NCBI GenBank assembly: GCA_001643675.2
Contig: LSRY02000046.1
Span: forward strand, 682,001-746,000
Reading direction: 5' to 3'
DNA length: 64,000 bases
Origin: Monocercomonoides exilis PA203
Taxonomy: Eukaryota > Protista > Preaxostyla
The notes below the pieces were generated by a model, which was not told the origin of the DNA, made no database searches, and saw only the letters and a list, made by a program, of their open reading frames with translations. Positions 39,101 through 53,100 of the stretch are shown piece by piece. Numbering within the stretch: the first letter of the stretch is position 1; each line of letters begins with the position of its first letter. The translations under genes and the position numbers were made by a program.

Positions 39101-42100
39101 CACATGTGGGGAAGGGAAAGGATGGGGTGGGTGGATACAACTCGTGGTTCTGTGGGTTTGACTATTATCCGTGTGCCACCATCACTCATGCAGCGCAGGT
39201 GAGATATGCAGACACTAACAAGAAGATCGAATTGGATCCAGGATATGAACTTGCTGAGGCAGTTGGAATGGCTGATGCCTATGAATGGGAGATTTCATGT
39301 GCCACAAAAGGGACGGCAATCGAGGTGAAAGCACCAGAGAATTTTGAGTCATCTTGTCTGATTGAGGTATTGAGCAAATGTTCAATGAGAAACATCAAAT
39401 TCTGCATTCCATCTGCTCTATCTGGTGCATCATCATCATCTCTGATCACATCCAACTCCACAATTCTCACACTCACTGACTGCTCTGTTATTTGTTCATC
39501 AGAGAATTCCATTGGATATTGTTTTGTGAATGTGATTGGGGGAAAAGTGAAAGTGGAGGGATTGGTGATCGCAGAGACCTTGATATTTGGAGAACATTCA
39601 CTGATTGAGTTTTCTGAAGGTGTAGAATCAGTTGTGTTTTGTGGATGTGAGGTGAACAACATTGAGAAGAGAAATGGAGATGGTGGATGGGAGAGTGGAG
39701 TGGTTGGAGCAGAAAGAGGTGAGGGAAAGAATGGGATAATTGTGATTGAGTCGTGTATTGTGAAGGTGTGCAGTTGCCTTTGTGGAAGAGGAGGAGGGAT
39801 GTGTGTTGTTGTGAAAGGGGAAGGAAGTGTTGTTGTGAATGGGAGTTGTGTGATTGATAAGTGCGAGGCGAAGGGTTCAGGGGAGAATGAAGGGAGAGGA
39901 GGAGGAATAATGATTGTGGTGGAGAGCAGGGATGGTTCATTGAAAATGGAATCTGGAATTCAGAGTTTGTTTGGAGTAAATAACAATGCAAGATATGGGA
40001 AGGATGTGTTTGTTGATTGTGGAAGAGGAGTGTTGTTGGAGTCGAAAGTGAACAGAAGTTCATTTGTGTTTTTTGATTCAAACGTGATTCCATCAAATGT
40101 TTTGGAGTTGTGTGGGAGTGAGGATGGGAGAGAAGGGTAAGTGATTCCGCTGTTTGTATATTTGTGTTCAATTGGACCGAAATTGATTGTGGATGGAAGA
40201 GGAGAGAGGGCATTGGATCACAGCAGATGTGGATTCGAGAAGTTTGGGTGTCTGACGATTGATTATTGTGTAAGTCAGAGAGCGAACAACAACATTCAAG
40301 AAATAGAAATTGCTTCGGAATCATCGATAAAGAATGAAATGAAAGTTGCATCATTTGAGTTGAGTCTTTCTGGGAAAGAAGAGGGGATGAGAGTGTCTGT
40401 GAGAGATGAAGGATCAATGAATCAAAACTGGATGATCGAATGCACAAAATCATTTGAGATGAGACATTTGTCATTTGTGTTGAATGAAGAGATGAATGGG
40501 AAGAGAAGTGGATTTATCCACTCTTCATCATCAACCATCACAATCACCAGCTGTTCTATCTCGTTTGGAAATGATGAAATGATTAGATACAATGTGATCA
40601 ATATTGAGGGAGGAAGGCTGATTGTGAATGGATTTGAGATGGAAGGGCCAGTGACAATGAACGGGAAGTCTCCAATAGTGATCACAAATGGAGTTGAATT
40701 CGGAATGAAGAACAGCAGAGTGAGTGGAGTGGAAGTGAAAGGAGAAGGCGGGGGATGTTTGAATGTGGAGATGGGTGTGAATGGGGTTGCAAACATTGAA
40801 GAATGCAATTTGTCATCAGTATGTTCAGGCGGAAGTGAGATGAAAGGGGGAGGAATGACGATAGCAGTCACGAAGGGAGGAAGTTTGGAAATGAATAATG
40901 TGAAATTATCTGAATGCGAAGTGCTATCAGAGGATGTTGAGAATGGAGGGAGAGGAATGGGAGGAGGGATATTTGAAAAGCTGCCAGATCAAATGGGATC
41001 ATTTGTGATGGAAGGAATGATATTTGAGGGATGCGAAGCTTGGAAAGGAAGGAATGTGTTTGTGTCAGGATGGAATCTGAGAGAGATTGTGAACAAAGAT
41101 CATCTGAAATGGGAGATAAAGGAAGAGGAGTTGGGATCGTTTGATGAACTGTGTGGATGGGAGAGGAAGACAACAGGAGAGGAGGGATATGTGATTCCAC
41201 TTGTTGTGTATTTGTGGAGGAACTGGAGTGGGAATGGGTTTGTTTCGGTTGAGAAAGGAGGAGACTTCAGTGGGTGTGGATATTCGGAAGCACCATGTTC
41301 ATCGATTGACCACTTGATATCGCTGAGATATTCAACACTTGGAGAAAGTGAAACACACATCAGTATTATAGGATCGGGGTTATTGAGTCATTCTATATCA
41401 TTTTCATCATCAATTTCAGATTCACCAAAAGTGGTGATTGAAGGGACAAAGAAAGGAACAAGTGTGACAATCAGTGATGAAGAAGAGAATGTTTCAAAAG
41501 ATTCAATGATTTCATCGAATGTGAGTCTGTCATTTGTGAATGTGTCATTCACCAAGCCAGCCATCGCAACCCATCATGAAGTGTTGATTGAATCCTCAGG
41601 AACAAACACATTATTGTCTGTCTCTGATTGTTCATTTGGGCCAGGGAGAGGGGTGACAGAAAGTTTTGGATATTGTGTGATGAGAGTGAATGGGGGGAGT
41701 GTTGTGATTGAGAGGAGTTCGTTGAGTTTGATTTCAGAGTTGAAAGGGTTCATCACATTCAGTCCAAGTGCAAGTGAGGTGACTGTTCAGAATGTGAACA
41801 TTTCATTTGCAGATGTTACAGAGAGAAGCCTGATTTCGATGATTGAAGAGGAAAATCAAATGAATGAAAAGGAAAACAGTCATTCAAAGGGGAACAAACC
41901 AGTATTGAAGGTTGTTGGGTGCTCATTTGCGAATATCACAAAAGAAGGGATTAGAGCGAGTGTTATTGATGTGGGATCATTTGAGGATGGAGTGGAGTGC
42001 GTGATCGATGAGTGCTCAATGTCGAGTTGCAAGAGTGGCTTAAGCACAGAAGGAGGAGGAATGAGAGTGGTGCTGAAAAGCGGAGAATCAGTCTTGAAAG

Positions 42101-45100
42101 TGAATGGCAGCTCGTTTCCGATATGCAAGTGCTCGAGTGAGACAGGGTGTGGTGGAGGGCTGTTTATTGATGGGTCTAACCCAAACGCCAATAATGCTGA
42201 TGAAAGTCAAATTCCGCCTCTGAATTTCAAGATTATCAACATTCTGTTTTCATTGAACGAGGCGCATGTGGGGAAAGACATATTCATCAGATGCCACTCG
42301 ATTGAGCACCAGATCAACGAAACATTGTTTGCGTTGAACTTCATCCAGGAGTCACTGAACTCGAACAACTCCATCTGTGGGAGAGATGTGGAGAATGAGA
42401 CAGATGTTGATCTGATTCCGCTGATCACATTCGTTTATGGGCTTCTTGTGTTTGTGAATGTTACAGGAGCTGATGGCAGGCAATGTGGGGCGCAGACAAA
42501 TCCATGCAGCAGCCTCAATTGTGGGGTTGATCACATCCAAGAAGGGGTGATGAATGCGATTCTGATTGACGGAGAAGGAATTGTTTCAGGAGAATGTGTG
42601 ATAAGTAATCTTGTTGTTAAATCATTGAAGAAAACACAAGCGATTGTGAGGTTTAACTCCAAGATTGAGAAATCAGCTGAGAAGGATTGCATCATGGAAT
42701 TTGTGAATGAATGTGCTGTGGAGAGGAGCTCTTTCCAGTTTGAAGATCCATTTGAATCAACTCACAGCTTCGTTTTAAAATTGAAAAATGGATCACTGGA
42801 AATACAAAAATGTGAATTCTTCATTTCTTCAACAACCGTTGAGATAAAGTTGAACGGTTCAGTTGCGAATGTAAAAAGCGGAGAGTTGAAGATATCAGAA
42901 ACAGCATTCAGGAATCTTCATTTATCAGCATCAGTGCTTTCATTTTGTGAAGAGTCAAAAGTGGTTGTTGTTGAGACGATCATCACAAACATTGAATGTG
43001 AAAGAGATATTGTGAGTGTTGGAGGGAAAGCGAAAATGGAGATGAAAGAGATGGCAGTTGATAATGTGACTCTGTTGTCAAAGGGGTGTGTGATTAGGAT
43101 CGAAGACGCTGAAAAAGAGGTGTGTGTACTTAACAGCTCATTTGGAAAATGTGAGAATTCTGAGGAAAAGGGAAGCATGATGCAGACAAGACGGTCAAAG
43201 GATGTGAGGGTTGAGATATGTGTGTTTGATGGAGAAAAAGAAGTGGAGATAATGAATGAAGGATTTGAAAGAAAAGAAGGTTTATGTAAATGGAGCAGCT
43301 CGTTGATTGACATCGAACACAGCAATGTGGAGATGAAGGAAACAACAGTTATGAAGAGCAAAAATGGTGGACTGTGGGTGAGCGGAGGAAGCGTGAAGAT
43401 TGAAAACAGCAAGTTTGAGGACAACAACCCATCGATTGAAGGATATCCATCAGCCAGAAGGAATGTGATATGCACAGGGAATGGAGAACTGAATGTTGTG
43501 AGTGTGAAAGGTGGAGATGGACTGAAAGATAACTCATCGCTTTGGATTTTGGATGAAGGATGTCAATTGGGAGGGATTGCATCAGAAAGAGGATCATCGT
43601 ATTTCATCCCGGTTCTGGAAGAAGTGAAGAACACAACACAGGCGAGTGGGAGCATGGACTTGAGCATTCATGGGAAGTTGCTTCTGCCATGCAATTTGTC
43701 TCTGAAGATCAGCATGAAAAATGAAGATGAAGAGGAAATAGTGAGAAAGGAAATTGATGGAGAAGGCTCTGCTTCTGAGAAAGAGGTGCATTATGTTATC
43801 TCATCGGAACTGCTGAAAGTGATGGAGAACAAAACAGAAGTGACAATGTGCCTTTTGTATGGAAAAGCCGATTCGCCTTCATCAACTGAATCGTTCATTC
43901 TGAAGAACAAAAGTGAATCTCAGTCAAGCGGAAATGAAAAACTAACTGAAAGTGGAAAAGGATCAAACCCATACTGGGCTCTAATAATCGCAGGAATATT
44001 TGTTGTGTTTCTGCTTATTATTACTGTTGTTCTGGCTGTTCGATGGAGAAAACAAAAAAGACGAACAAAGGAGTTGGAGATAATTGTGGAAGAAACAGTG
44101 AAAAAGGATCCAAAGGCATTTGAGATGGTGACGATGGAGATGTCGCCTGAGGAGCAGTGGAGGAGGGCAGAGAGGGAGGCAGAGAAGAAGAATGAAGAGA
44201 GGGCAAAGAAGAGAGTGTATGAGAAAAGCTTGGGACATTCAGAGTCATCAGAGCATTTGTTGAGTGAGAGTGGATCAACTGAATATATCCTTGGGCGCGA
44301 TTCAGATAAGATTCCTGATTGGGCATTAGAAAAGTTGGAAGAAGAAGAAGAAGAGATTCGAAAGAGATCACCATCACCATCCATTTCATCCACTTCCACC
44401 ACTTCGACAACTGATTCAGATTCCACGTTTGTTCGAATGGAAGATGCATGCCCAACCACATCATCTATGTCGAATCTGGTGGATGCAATGGCCTGTTCAT
44501 CTCCTCATGAGAAATTGATTGTGGATCTGAGAGATTCTCTGTTCATGTTGTTGCATGGAAGGAATAAGACAAAGGAGATGGCAATTGGGAGTTTGAAAGA
44601 AAGAGAGCAGACAGCAGCTCAAGTCCTGTTCTGGGTGGCCAATCTCGCGCTCCACTCGTTTGATGAGATGGAAAACAAGCTTCAGTCACTTGCGAATCTG
44701 AGCCCGCACATTGTGCTATTCTCCGAACACATGGTCATCTGCATTGTGATGCACTCTGACTTCTTGTCTGATGACGATTCTGATTCCTCATCCATCTCTT
44801 CATCAACTGTTGTAACATCTGCCAGCGATGATGATGATGATAGTGACTCTCTCCCTTCTTCTGCCTTTGAGGATGAAGATTATTACAAAAAAGAATGCCT
44901 GAGATGGAAGGCGCCAGAGCTGCTGATGAACAGGAAGATGGGGTCAACGAAAGAGTCAGTTTCATTCTCGATTGGGATGATGCTGTGGGAGTGCTTGACA
45001 TTGAAGGTGCCGTTTGGCGAGTATGAAGCAGAGATTGCCGGGCAGAAGATTGTGAATGGGGAGAGGCCAGATGGAGTAGTTATAAGAGAAAGTTGTTTTG

Positions 45101-45294
45101 CTGAGATATGGAAGCAGAGTGTTGGCATGGAAAACACAAATAGACCATCATTGGTGAATTTGAAACGAGAATTTTTCAAGCATTTTCCGAAAGAAGCAGT
45201 GATTGTGACAGTGTCTGATGCTATTGATTATGAAGATGATGAGGAGGAGAAGAGCTTGGATGTTATCACCAAAGCTTCTAAAGACACATGCTGA
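36106..45294 (+). CDS. Second giant single-pass receptor-like pseudokinase (about 3,060 codons, about 5 ectodomain modules); one in-frame TAA at 40138-40140
   Basis: ORFs 36106-40140 and 40141-45294 are in frame and abut. Signal-like MLKEALIALVAVITS, TM YWALIIAGIFVVFLLIITVVLAV, and a cytoplasmic tail nearly identical to the 8714-10486 paralogue (SLGHSESSEHLLSESGSTEYILG, LRWKAPELLMN). Confidence 0.85.
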
Positions 45295-45788
45295 AATCAG
45301 CACGAATAAGTTCGAGGTTTTCGAACTCTTTGTTTCAAAGATGAAGCTTTAACATCCAAGGTTATCGATCATCGTTTGAAGTGATGATCAAATAGGATGA
45401 AATGCAAAATGGATGAGAATGCATTTGCTATCACTTCAGTTTCAAGGCAGATAATTTGCTTATGAAGGGAAATATCAGGGGTTGAGCTTATGGAGATGGT
45501 TGAATAACCTTCTCAGATAAGTCGACTTCTTTTGAGAATATTTGAAATGCTGATGTTTTACGAAATGGGAATTGAGCCAGTATTTATGTTTATGAAGTGA
45601 CGTTTGCCTTGTTATATGCAGTTAGATATGTATAAAAGTGTAAAAACTGTGTTTTGCAATTTTTAACATTGATTTTTGGATATGTATTTGATATGTGGAA
45701 TGGTTTATTTTCTATTGCTTTGAAAAGCTTATGCATCTGAAAGAATAAATTAACATGTTTCTTTTATGTATAATATGTTCACGCAAAG

Positions 45789-46027
45789 CTTTCCTTTTCC
45801 TTTTCCTTTTCCTTTTCCTTTTCCTTTTCCTTTTCCTTTTCCTTTTCCTTTTCCTTTCCTTTCCTTTCCTTTTCTTTTCTTTTCTTTTCTTTTCTTTTCT
45901 TTTCTTTTCTTTTCTTTTCTTTTCTTTTCTTTTCTTTTCTTTTCTTTTCTTTTCTTTTCTTTTCTTTTCTTTTCTTTTCTTTTCTTTTCTTTTCTTTTCT
46001 TTTCTTTTCTTTTCTTTTCTTTTCTTT
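45789..46027 (+). repeat. Compound pyrimidine microsatellite (CCTTTT)n-(CTTTT)n
   Basis: About 240 bp of pure C/T tandem hexamer then pentamer units. Confidence 0.97.
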
Positions 46028-46293
46028 GAAACATTTATTTCAAAAAGTCTTTCAATTTGCCTGCTTGAAATTTTTGCAAAGCCGTTATCAATTTTTATTT
46101 TATCTGGGTAATATACATTCATTTTCAGTTCATTTTTCGTAAATAAGAACCAAAAAATCAATTTTGCTGAATCTTGTTCTTCAATGCATCAAAAAGCCAA
46201 TTATCGAAATAATTAATTGCATTCGCATCATGGAATGCTGTTCACAAAGAAATATTCCAATAAGTCAATCAAAAGCACATTTAAAACTTTCTA

Positions 46294-46326
<33 letters not shown>

Positions 46327-46883
46327 AATGAACAACAATGACCAGCTTTCTATCAAAGAAATACCTTTTTAAAAATGATTATATGTTATTCGCTACGCAT
46401 TTTTCGCTTGGAAAAGAAAGAAACAAAGAAAGAATGTACTATTTTTTCATCAGAGGATACAATAATTCTGGAAATTATCAGATTTAATCAATGTTTCATC
46501 TATTGATTAAATGAAAGTTTGTTCCGATGTCATGTGAATAATCACATGAAAAAACAAATAGTCAAAAAACAATATTGAATTCACAATAATTAAAAAAATT
46601 AGTGTGTTTTAGTAGCTTTGAAAATTGCCAGTTTTCAACAGGTTTCAAGGGTGATGATTTGGCCAACTGAAACAGTTATTTGCAATTTTAATGATTAAAC
46701 TTCTATATAAATGAACGAAGGAAATAAACAGCCCTTTATTTAATAATCGATGAATAAAATAAAGAAAAAAGACAAATAATTCTTTTTCAAAAAAAGTGTT
46801 TGACGAAACAAAAATTAATTGGCTGCTTCGAATAAAAACCACATTTTTAAATATTCTTATTACATCTCAAAACTGAATTTTTC

Positions 46884-49720
46884 TTACTCTTCTTCTCCTT
46901 GCTCAATTGAGCCGCTCACTTCGCTTTCCTTTCCTTCGCAGTCGCCTTCATCAACTTTCTCTTCTCTTGTAACAACTTGCTCTGCATTCGGATCTTCGTC
47001 TTTTGAACTCTCAGCTCCTGCTGCTTCATCATTTGTAATTTTCTTCTCTTCTTCTTTTCTTTCTTCTGTCTCTTTGTTTTCATCTCTTGAGCATTCTTCA
47101 CACTCTTTTTCCGCATCTTCCTTCTCCTTGCTTAATTCACTATTTTCATCTGCATGCTCGCTGCTCCTCTCATCCTCTTCTCCCTTCGCCTCTTCAGCTC
47201 CGCTTGACACAGCCACTGCCTCCTCCTGTTTTTCAGTTTTTTCAGTCTTATCAGCCTTCTCCATCATCTCAGCCTCGCTTTGATGCTTCATCTTCAGCAT
47301 CCTCCTCATCTGCTCCTCCTCCTCTTTCTCCTCTGCGTTCTTCTCCATCTTGATCATCACGCTCTTCCTCTTCTGCTCTTCCTCCTCTTTCTTCCTCTTG
47401 GCCACCTGCCAGGCACGCGCAATGCCCTCCGAGTAGCGCGGGGTGAAGTTCCTCCACACTTTCACCTCTCCTGTCTGCGACGTCGTCACAATCACCTGCC
47501 CATCTGCATCAATTCCTTGGCGAAGTGACGCAAATGACTGGCTCTGTGGCAGTGCATTTGAAGAAGAAGAAGAAGAAGATGATGATGATGATGAAGATGA
47601 AGATGAGGGGAACGAAGAAGAAGCAGCATTTGGTGAAGCAAACGAAAGCAAGGAATCTTCTGGTGATGAAATCGCTCCTCCAAAGCCTGGAGGCGCAAAC
47701 ACTGCACATGTTGTAATCGAGTTGTGAGCAGCAAAATACTGGCACGTCTCAATGTGATCCTGCCTCTTTGCGAAGATAGACGACGACTTCGCGCCAGCAG
47801 CTGTGCCATTTGCATTTGTGTGTACGCCTTTTGCCAGAAACGCCTCGTTTCCCTCGGGGTGGCCATCCCAAATGTAGCAGTTGTTGTTTTCTGAACCGGC
47901 AATCACAAACCTTCCCGACGGCGAAAACGTTGCTCGAATCTGCGAGGTCTGGTTGGCCATCCCCATGAACTTGCACACAGGCTCAAAGTGAGGAAGCGAA
48001 TAGCATCGGATGCGGGAGTCGTTTGTAGTGACGATAAAGCGGTCGCCACCACGGGTGATCACTTGCGGAGTCTGCGAAGCGGCAGATGCCGAAGAGCCAG
48101 CAGATGTCTGGGAAGAATCAGCTGTTGCTGAGGACGAAGTGGAAGCAGAGGAAGCAGAAGCAGAGGAGGAGGAGGAGGAAGAAGGCGCTGGCTCATACGT
48201 CACTGGCAGGAAGTCAATTCCAGTGACCTTCTTGTCGTGGTTGCTGCCGTGTCTCGACCGCACCTCCAGCCGCGTGATCAGCGGGAGCCCCACCGACGCC
48301 AGCACATACAGCTTCCCTGTGAATGTTCCGGCAAACACCATCGTGCCGTCCATCGAGAACCGCACACACGTCACGTAGTCTCCCACATCTGCTCGGTAGA
48401 TGCACCGCCCTTCCCTCACGTTCCACACGCGCACTTTCCTGTCCAGGCACCCCGTCACGCAGTAGCCGTTGTCCACCGGGTTGAAGTCCACACACGTCAC
48501 AAAGTCTCCGTGCTGCAGCGTCCGCAGCGAGTTCGCGCGGCTGACGTGCCACAGCTTCGCAGTCGAGTCCATCGAGCCAGTCAGCACAAAGCCGTTGGGC
48601 GCCCAGCACACGTCCAGGATCTGAGACTCGTGCTCCCGGAACTCCCGCACAGGCACCCGCCCAAACACTTCAAAAGCTGCGGGGTCGTCGGGGAACGAGG
48701 AGGCGGACAGCGGCTGGGTGACGATGGAAGTAGAAGAGGAGGAAGAGGAATGAGAGGAAGACATTGTCATAGACATTGACATGGATGCAGGCAGGATCGC
48801 ATTTGTTGGCGAGATTGCCTGCGGAGACGAGGCCGATGAAGAAGAAGAAATCTGATCCATTGGAGATCCCATCGCCAGCGAAGCCTCAGCAGCTGCAGCT
48901 GTCAGAGGGGTCAAAATGTCCTCTTTTGCCTGAAACACGCGAAGCACTCCTTCTTTCCCACCTGTCGCAAACCAGTTGCCCTCAGGCGAGAACCGCGCTG
49001 CCCAAATCGCATCGTTGGGCAAGTGGATCTCCTGAACAACACAAAGCCCGCGAAAGTCCTTTGTGGAACGCCGACGAAGCTTAACTTTCATTTTCTGCAG
49101 ACACTTTGGAATGAAAACGATTTTGGCAAGAACAACTTTTTGGTTCTCTTTCGCTTTTTTCCTTTCTTTTTCGTTTTCAATGTCCTTTTTTCTTTCTTCT
49201 TCTGCCATTTTTGCTGCTTCTTTTTCTGTCATTCTGTGGATGCTGACGCCACGTCTTGATGCTTCCATCATCAAGGGATGGGACATCATCGGTTCCGGTC
49301 GATACTCATCGACTCGCATAACTTTGCCCGGCTCATCCAAATTCTTAATCAAAAATTGAGGGTTATCAGGGTCAATGTACGTTGGGTCGTCCATCTGCTT
49401 TGATTTTGGAGGTGGCTTCTTTGGTGGGGGAGGAGGAGGTGGTGGTGACGTGGCTGGAATTCCCTTTTCCAGTTGTGCAATTTTTACTTCCTGTGCTGTG
49501 TCACTTTTATCTGGAGCGCAAGCAGGAGTTGTACTAAGAATAGAAAGTCGCAAGCCAGAACAATCCACATCTGCAATAACAGATCCTTAAAGTAAAGAAA
49601 AGAATTCAACAATAATATAAATTCAAAACCTGAGTGGGATTCAGTCGGAGGATGTGCAACAAGTTGGGAGTGTTGTGGAGGAATTTCTACATTTTCTGTT
49701 TTTTCCTCATCAATTGACAT
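46884..49720 (-). CDS. WDR44: WDR44/Rab11-binding-protein-like WD40 repeat protein; intron 49586-49629
   Basis: WD repeats ILDVCWAPNGFVLTGSMDSTAKLWH, LQHGDFVTCVDFNPVD...TGCLDRKVRVWN, VTTNDSRIR and SQIRATFS...GSEN..YIW follow the WDR44 family pattern as I recall it. The first exon MSIDEEK...SHS joins in frame via GTTTT...TTAAG. The 3' end is uncertain because the TAA overlaps a GTAAG. Confidence 0.8.
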
Positions 49721-50191
49721 GAGCTGTTCGCCAAGAATGTCTAACAAAAGTTAAAAAATCAAAATTGAAAAATTTAATAATTGCAAAAAGCACGAGCAGC
49801 AATAAAAACTTCTGAGTTAAATTGTATGATTAAAAATTAAAGGAAATAAAGAACTATTTTCAAAAGTTAATGTTATAAATCTCTATGCTTGAATTAATGT
49901 GCTTAATTCAAATTAGGAAAAAATAAGTCCCTTTTGAAAGCATTTAGCATATTGTTTTTTCATCATTTTTGCAATTAATATTCTTTCATACCTCACAGTT
50001 GTGACGTTACACAATTATGTGAAAATAAATAAATAATGTTATGGTTAATGTTTTTGTGAAAGAAAAGAAATCACTCAATTCTATGTATTGAGATGGACTT
50101 CGAAATTAAAGGGAATAATGATACATTCTGTTTAAACAACCATATTTTAACTATTCATTTCTCAATAAACTCTTTTTTTATTTAAAGGTAC

Positions 50192-53100
50192 ATGGATACG
50201 TCTCCGCAATCAGTAAGAGATGATCCCTTGCAACTTCCTTATTTATTGCTGGAGGCTAAGTTTCCACCCTTTTATCCATATTACAATTCTTCAATTGAAC
50301 AAACTCGGTGCCCAACCTGCGAACAAGAATTCACATCGAAAAATTCAAGCAAAATTTGTTGCTTGTGCAATAGGCAAATTTGTGAAAAGTTTGGATCCAT
50401 ATCTTAAACTTTTGTATTTAAAAGGAATTTTGATGATTTTAAAATAACTTCTTTTCTCAGTTGCTTGAAGCATAGCAGCGTCCATATGGGTAAAACTTCA
50501 AATAATGTTTGTCCTACATGCTGGATTGTTTATTGTTGTGGTGTGCAGAAGCAATATTCTTTTTTATTGACAAAATCAATATTAAATTTTATTTTTTTAA
50601 GGAGCCTTTTCTCAAGTGAAGCCTCCTCAAAGAATCGCTCACATACTTGCAATTGCTCAAATGACTCAAACTTTAGAAGTCTTGTCAAATGCCATTAGAG
50701 CACTTCTTTATTTTTTCAAAGCTTCAATTTTCACGCCTGATTTATCAACTTCTTCTTTACCAAAAAGGTCTGATGCTATTGATTCACGTTCTTCAAAAGG
50801 AGCTTCTACATCGCGCTTTTCTTCGTCGCTTCCTCACGAGCAATATCTTGAATTCGAGAAGCTTCTGAATTTGTACTTTGAAGGAACACAGAAAAAGTTG
50901 CTATCGAGTAAAAATGAAATTTCAGAAAAGCAAAATGCACAAGCTGTTGTTGCAATTTTTGGAGGGACGATTGCAGGCACTGATTCGCTCACCCCGATCA
51001 TTATATCTGAAGGGAAAGCGTGTTCTGGAGCACAGCCAAGCAATTCCAATAAAATTAATGGCAGTTATTCAACACTCTCAGATAATGTGATTCTCCCTCC
51101 AATAGCTCCTATTTCTTCCAGCTCAATCATCTCAGCCGAATTATCCATGGCCAAACCAAAACCTTCTTTTCCCTCTTCTTTCGACCCAGCCACGCGCAAA
51201 CAGAATGCTTCTTCTTCTTTCCCCACTTCATATTCTCACGCCTTCCAACTCCAAAAAACCGCTGCTCGCCCGCCCACACCCACAACACCCGGTTTCGAGG
51301 CATCGTATCCTTCTTCATCGTCTGTGCCTCTGCAGCCATCTTCGTCTTCGTCTTCTTCTTCCTCTTCGACTCCCTTCTTCTCTCCGGCAATGGCAGCTAT
51401 TTCACAGACATCTTCTGTTCTTGTCTCTAATTCTGGTCAAACATCTTCTTCTTCCTCATCTTCCTCTTCTTCCTCTTCCTTCGCAACTGGTCCAATCACT
51501 TCGCACAACAACTTCTTCTTCCGCTTCCCTCCGCCAGTCAAAAGCATCCCCCTCATTTCACAGCCTGCTCTCTCTGCCATTTCATCTGCTTCTGTTCTTC
51601 AGAGCACTTCTTCTCCATCTTCTTCCTCTTCCTCTTCCTCTTCTTCTTCCTCTTCTTCCACTTCACAATCTTCTTCTTCCTCCTCTGACCCTGCCTTCGG
51701 ATCCCACAAGCTCCAGTCTGTGTTCACCAAAGAGCTTCAGTCTCTTCTCTTCCCAAACTCCAACCAGGACGTCAAGAGCGCCTACCAATCCACCGTCACC
51801 CTCCATTCAGATGCTAATAATAACACAGGGTCATCATCATCTTCTTCTTCTGTACCTCAAATGTACAGTGCACGCAGCCACACCCGCTTTGGGGAGCAGA
51901 TCAGCAGCGCTAGAAAAAAAGAGTTGAACGGGAAAGAAGAAACCAACAGCGAAAGAAGCGACGGCTTCGGCCTCTTTTCAGAGCTGCTGTTCACCCGCTT
52001 CGTTTCCCTCTGCTCGTTCTGTGTGAAAAACAACGTTGAATTCTTTTCTTCTCTTCTGCTTCTTTCTCTGGCGTTCTCCTTAGCCCGACACGACGTCATC
52101 AAGGCGTTCATATCAGACGAGTGGGTGGCTGTGCGTGTGGCTCGTAAACAGACCTCGGATGCTTCTGTTATTGGCTCTCCGCACAAAACGGATGAAAATA
52201 ACAGACATTATTCGATTTCTCCGTTCTTCCACATCCTCCCGTGGCTGCTGAAACAGTCAATTTATGCAGATATTTCACCTTTTTCATCATCGTCATCATC
52301 ATCATCATCATCTTCTTCTTCTTCTTCCTCATCCCTTCCCACCTTCCCCTTCAACACTCTTGAGCTGTCCTATTTGTCCTCTTCCATCATCTCCGCTCTC
52401 CTCAAAGTCGCCAACGTCTCCTCCATCGCCGTCACCATCCAACAGAGCGAGGCGCTGAGCTTGCCGCAGACACACAACAAGTCCCTTTCTGCATTGTCTT
52501 CCATTCTCCACCCGTTTTTCGTGCTGGAGGCGCCGACCGCGCTGAACTTGTGCATTTTGCATTGCCTCAGGCTGCAGATTGCGCTGATGACGATGGCAAA
52601 CACGATGAATGCGAATAATAATTCTTCTGCTTTTTCTGCTTTTTCTGGTTTTTCTTCTTCTTCTTCTACTTCTTCTTCTTTGGCTTCTATTATGCCTCCA
52701 TCTCACCAGCATTCTCTTTCTCCTCCTGCGTTCTCGATGTATTCCATGCAACCTTCATCATCATCATCTTCTTCTTCTTCTTCTTCTTCCTCTTTTTCTT
52801 CCCTTTCAAACCCATTCTCCTCTTCTTCCTCTTCTTCCTCTTCTTCCTCCTCCTCTTTTCTTCCTCCTCTTTCCTCCTTCCTCTCTCTCTCTCCTTCCCC
52901 TTTCTTCTCCTTCATCTTCTCCAGATGCCTTGCCCGTATCACTTCAGAAATAGCCACCCCTGGTTCTTCTCTCAGTGCATTTCTTACAAACAACAGTTCG
53001 CTCTCCGTTTCTTATGTGAGGAAAATGAGTTTTCCTTTTGCCTCGTTTGTGAAGTTTTGCGAGGAGGTGTTTGTGAATGGAAGATGCGGGGTGATTGTGG

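Noticed and set aside
45712-46161. Lys/Arg-rich and Phe-rich ORFs
   Set aside because: They are translations of the CTTTT microsatellite.
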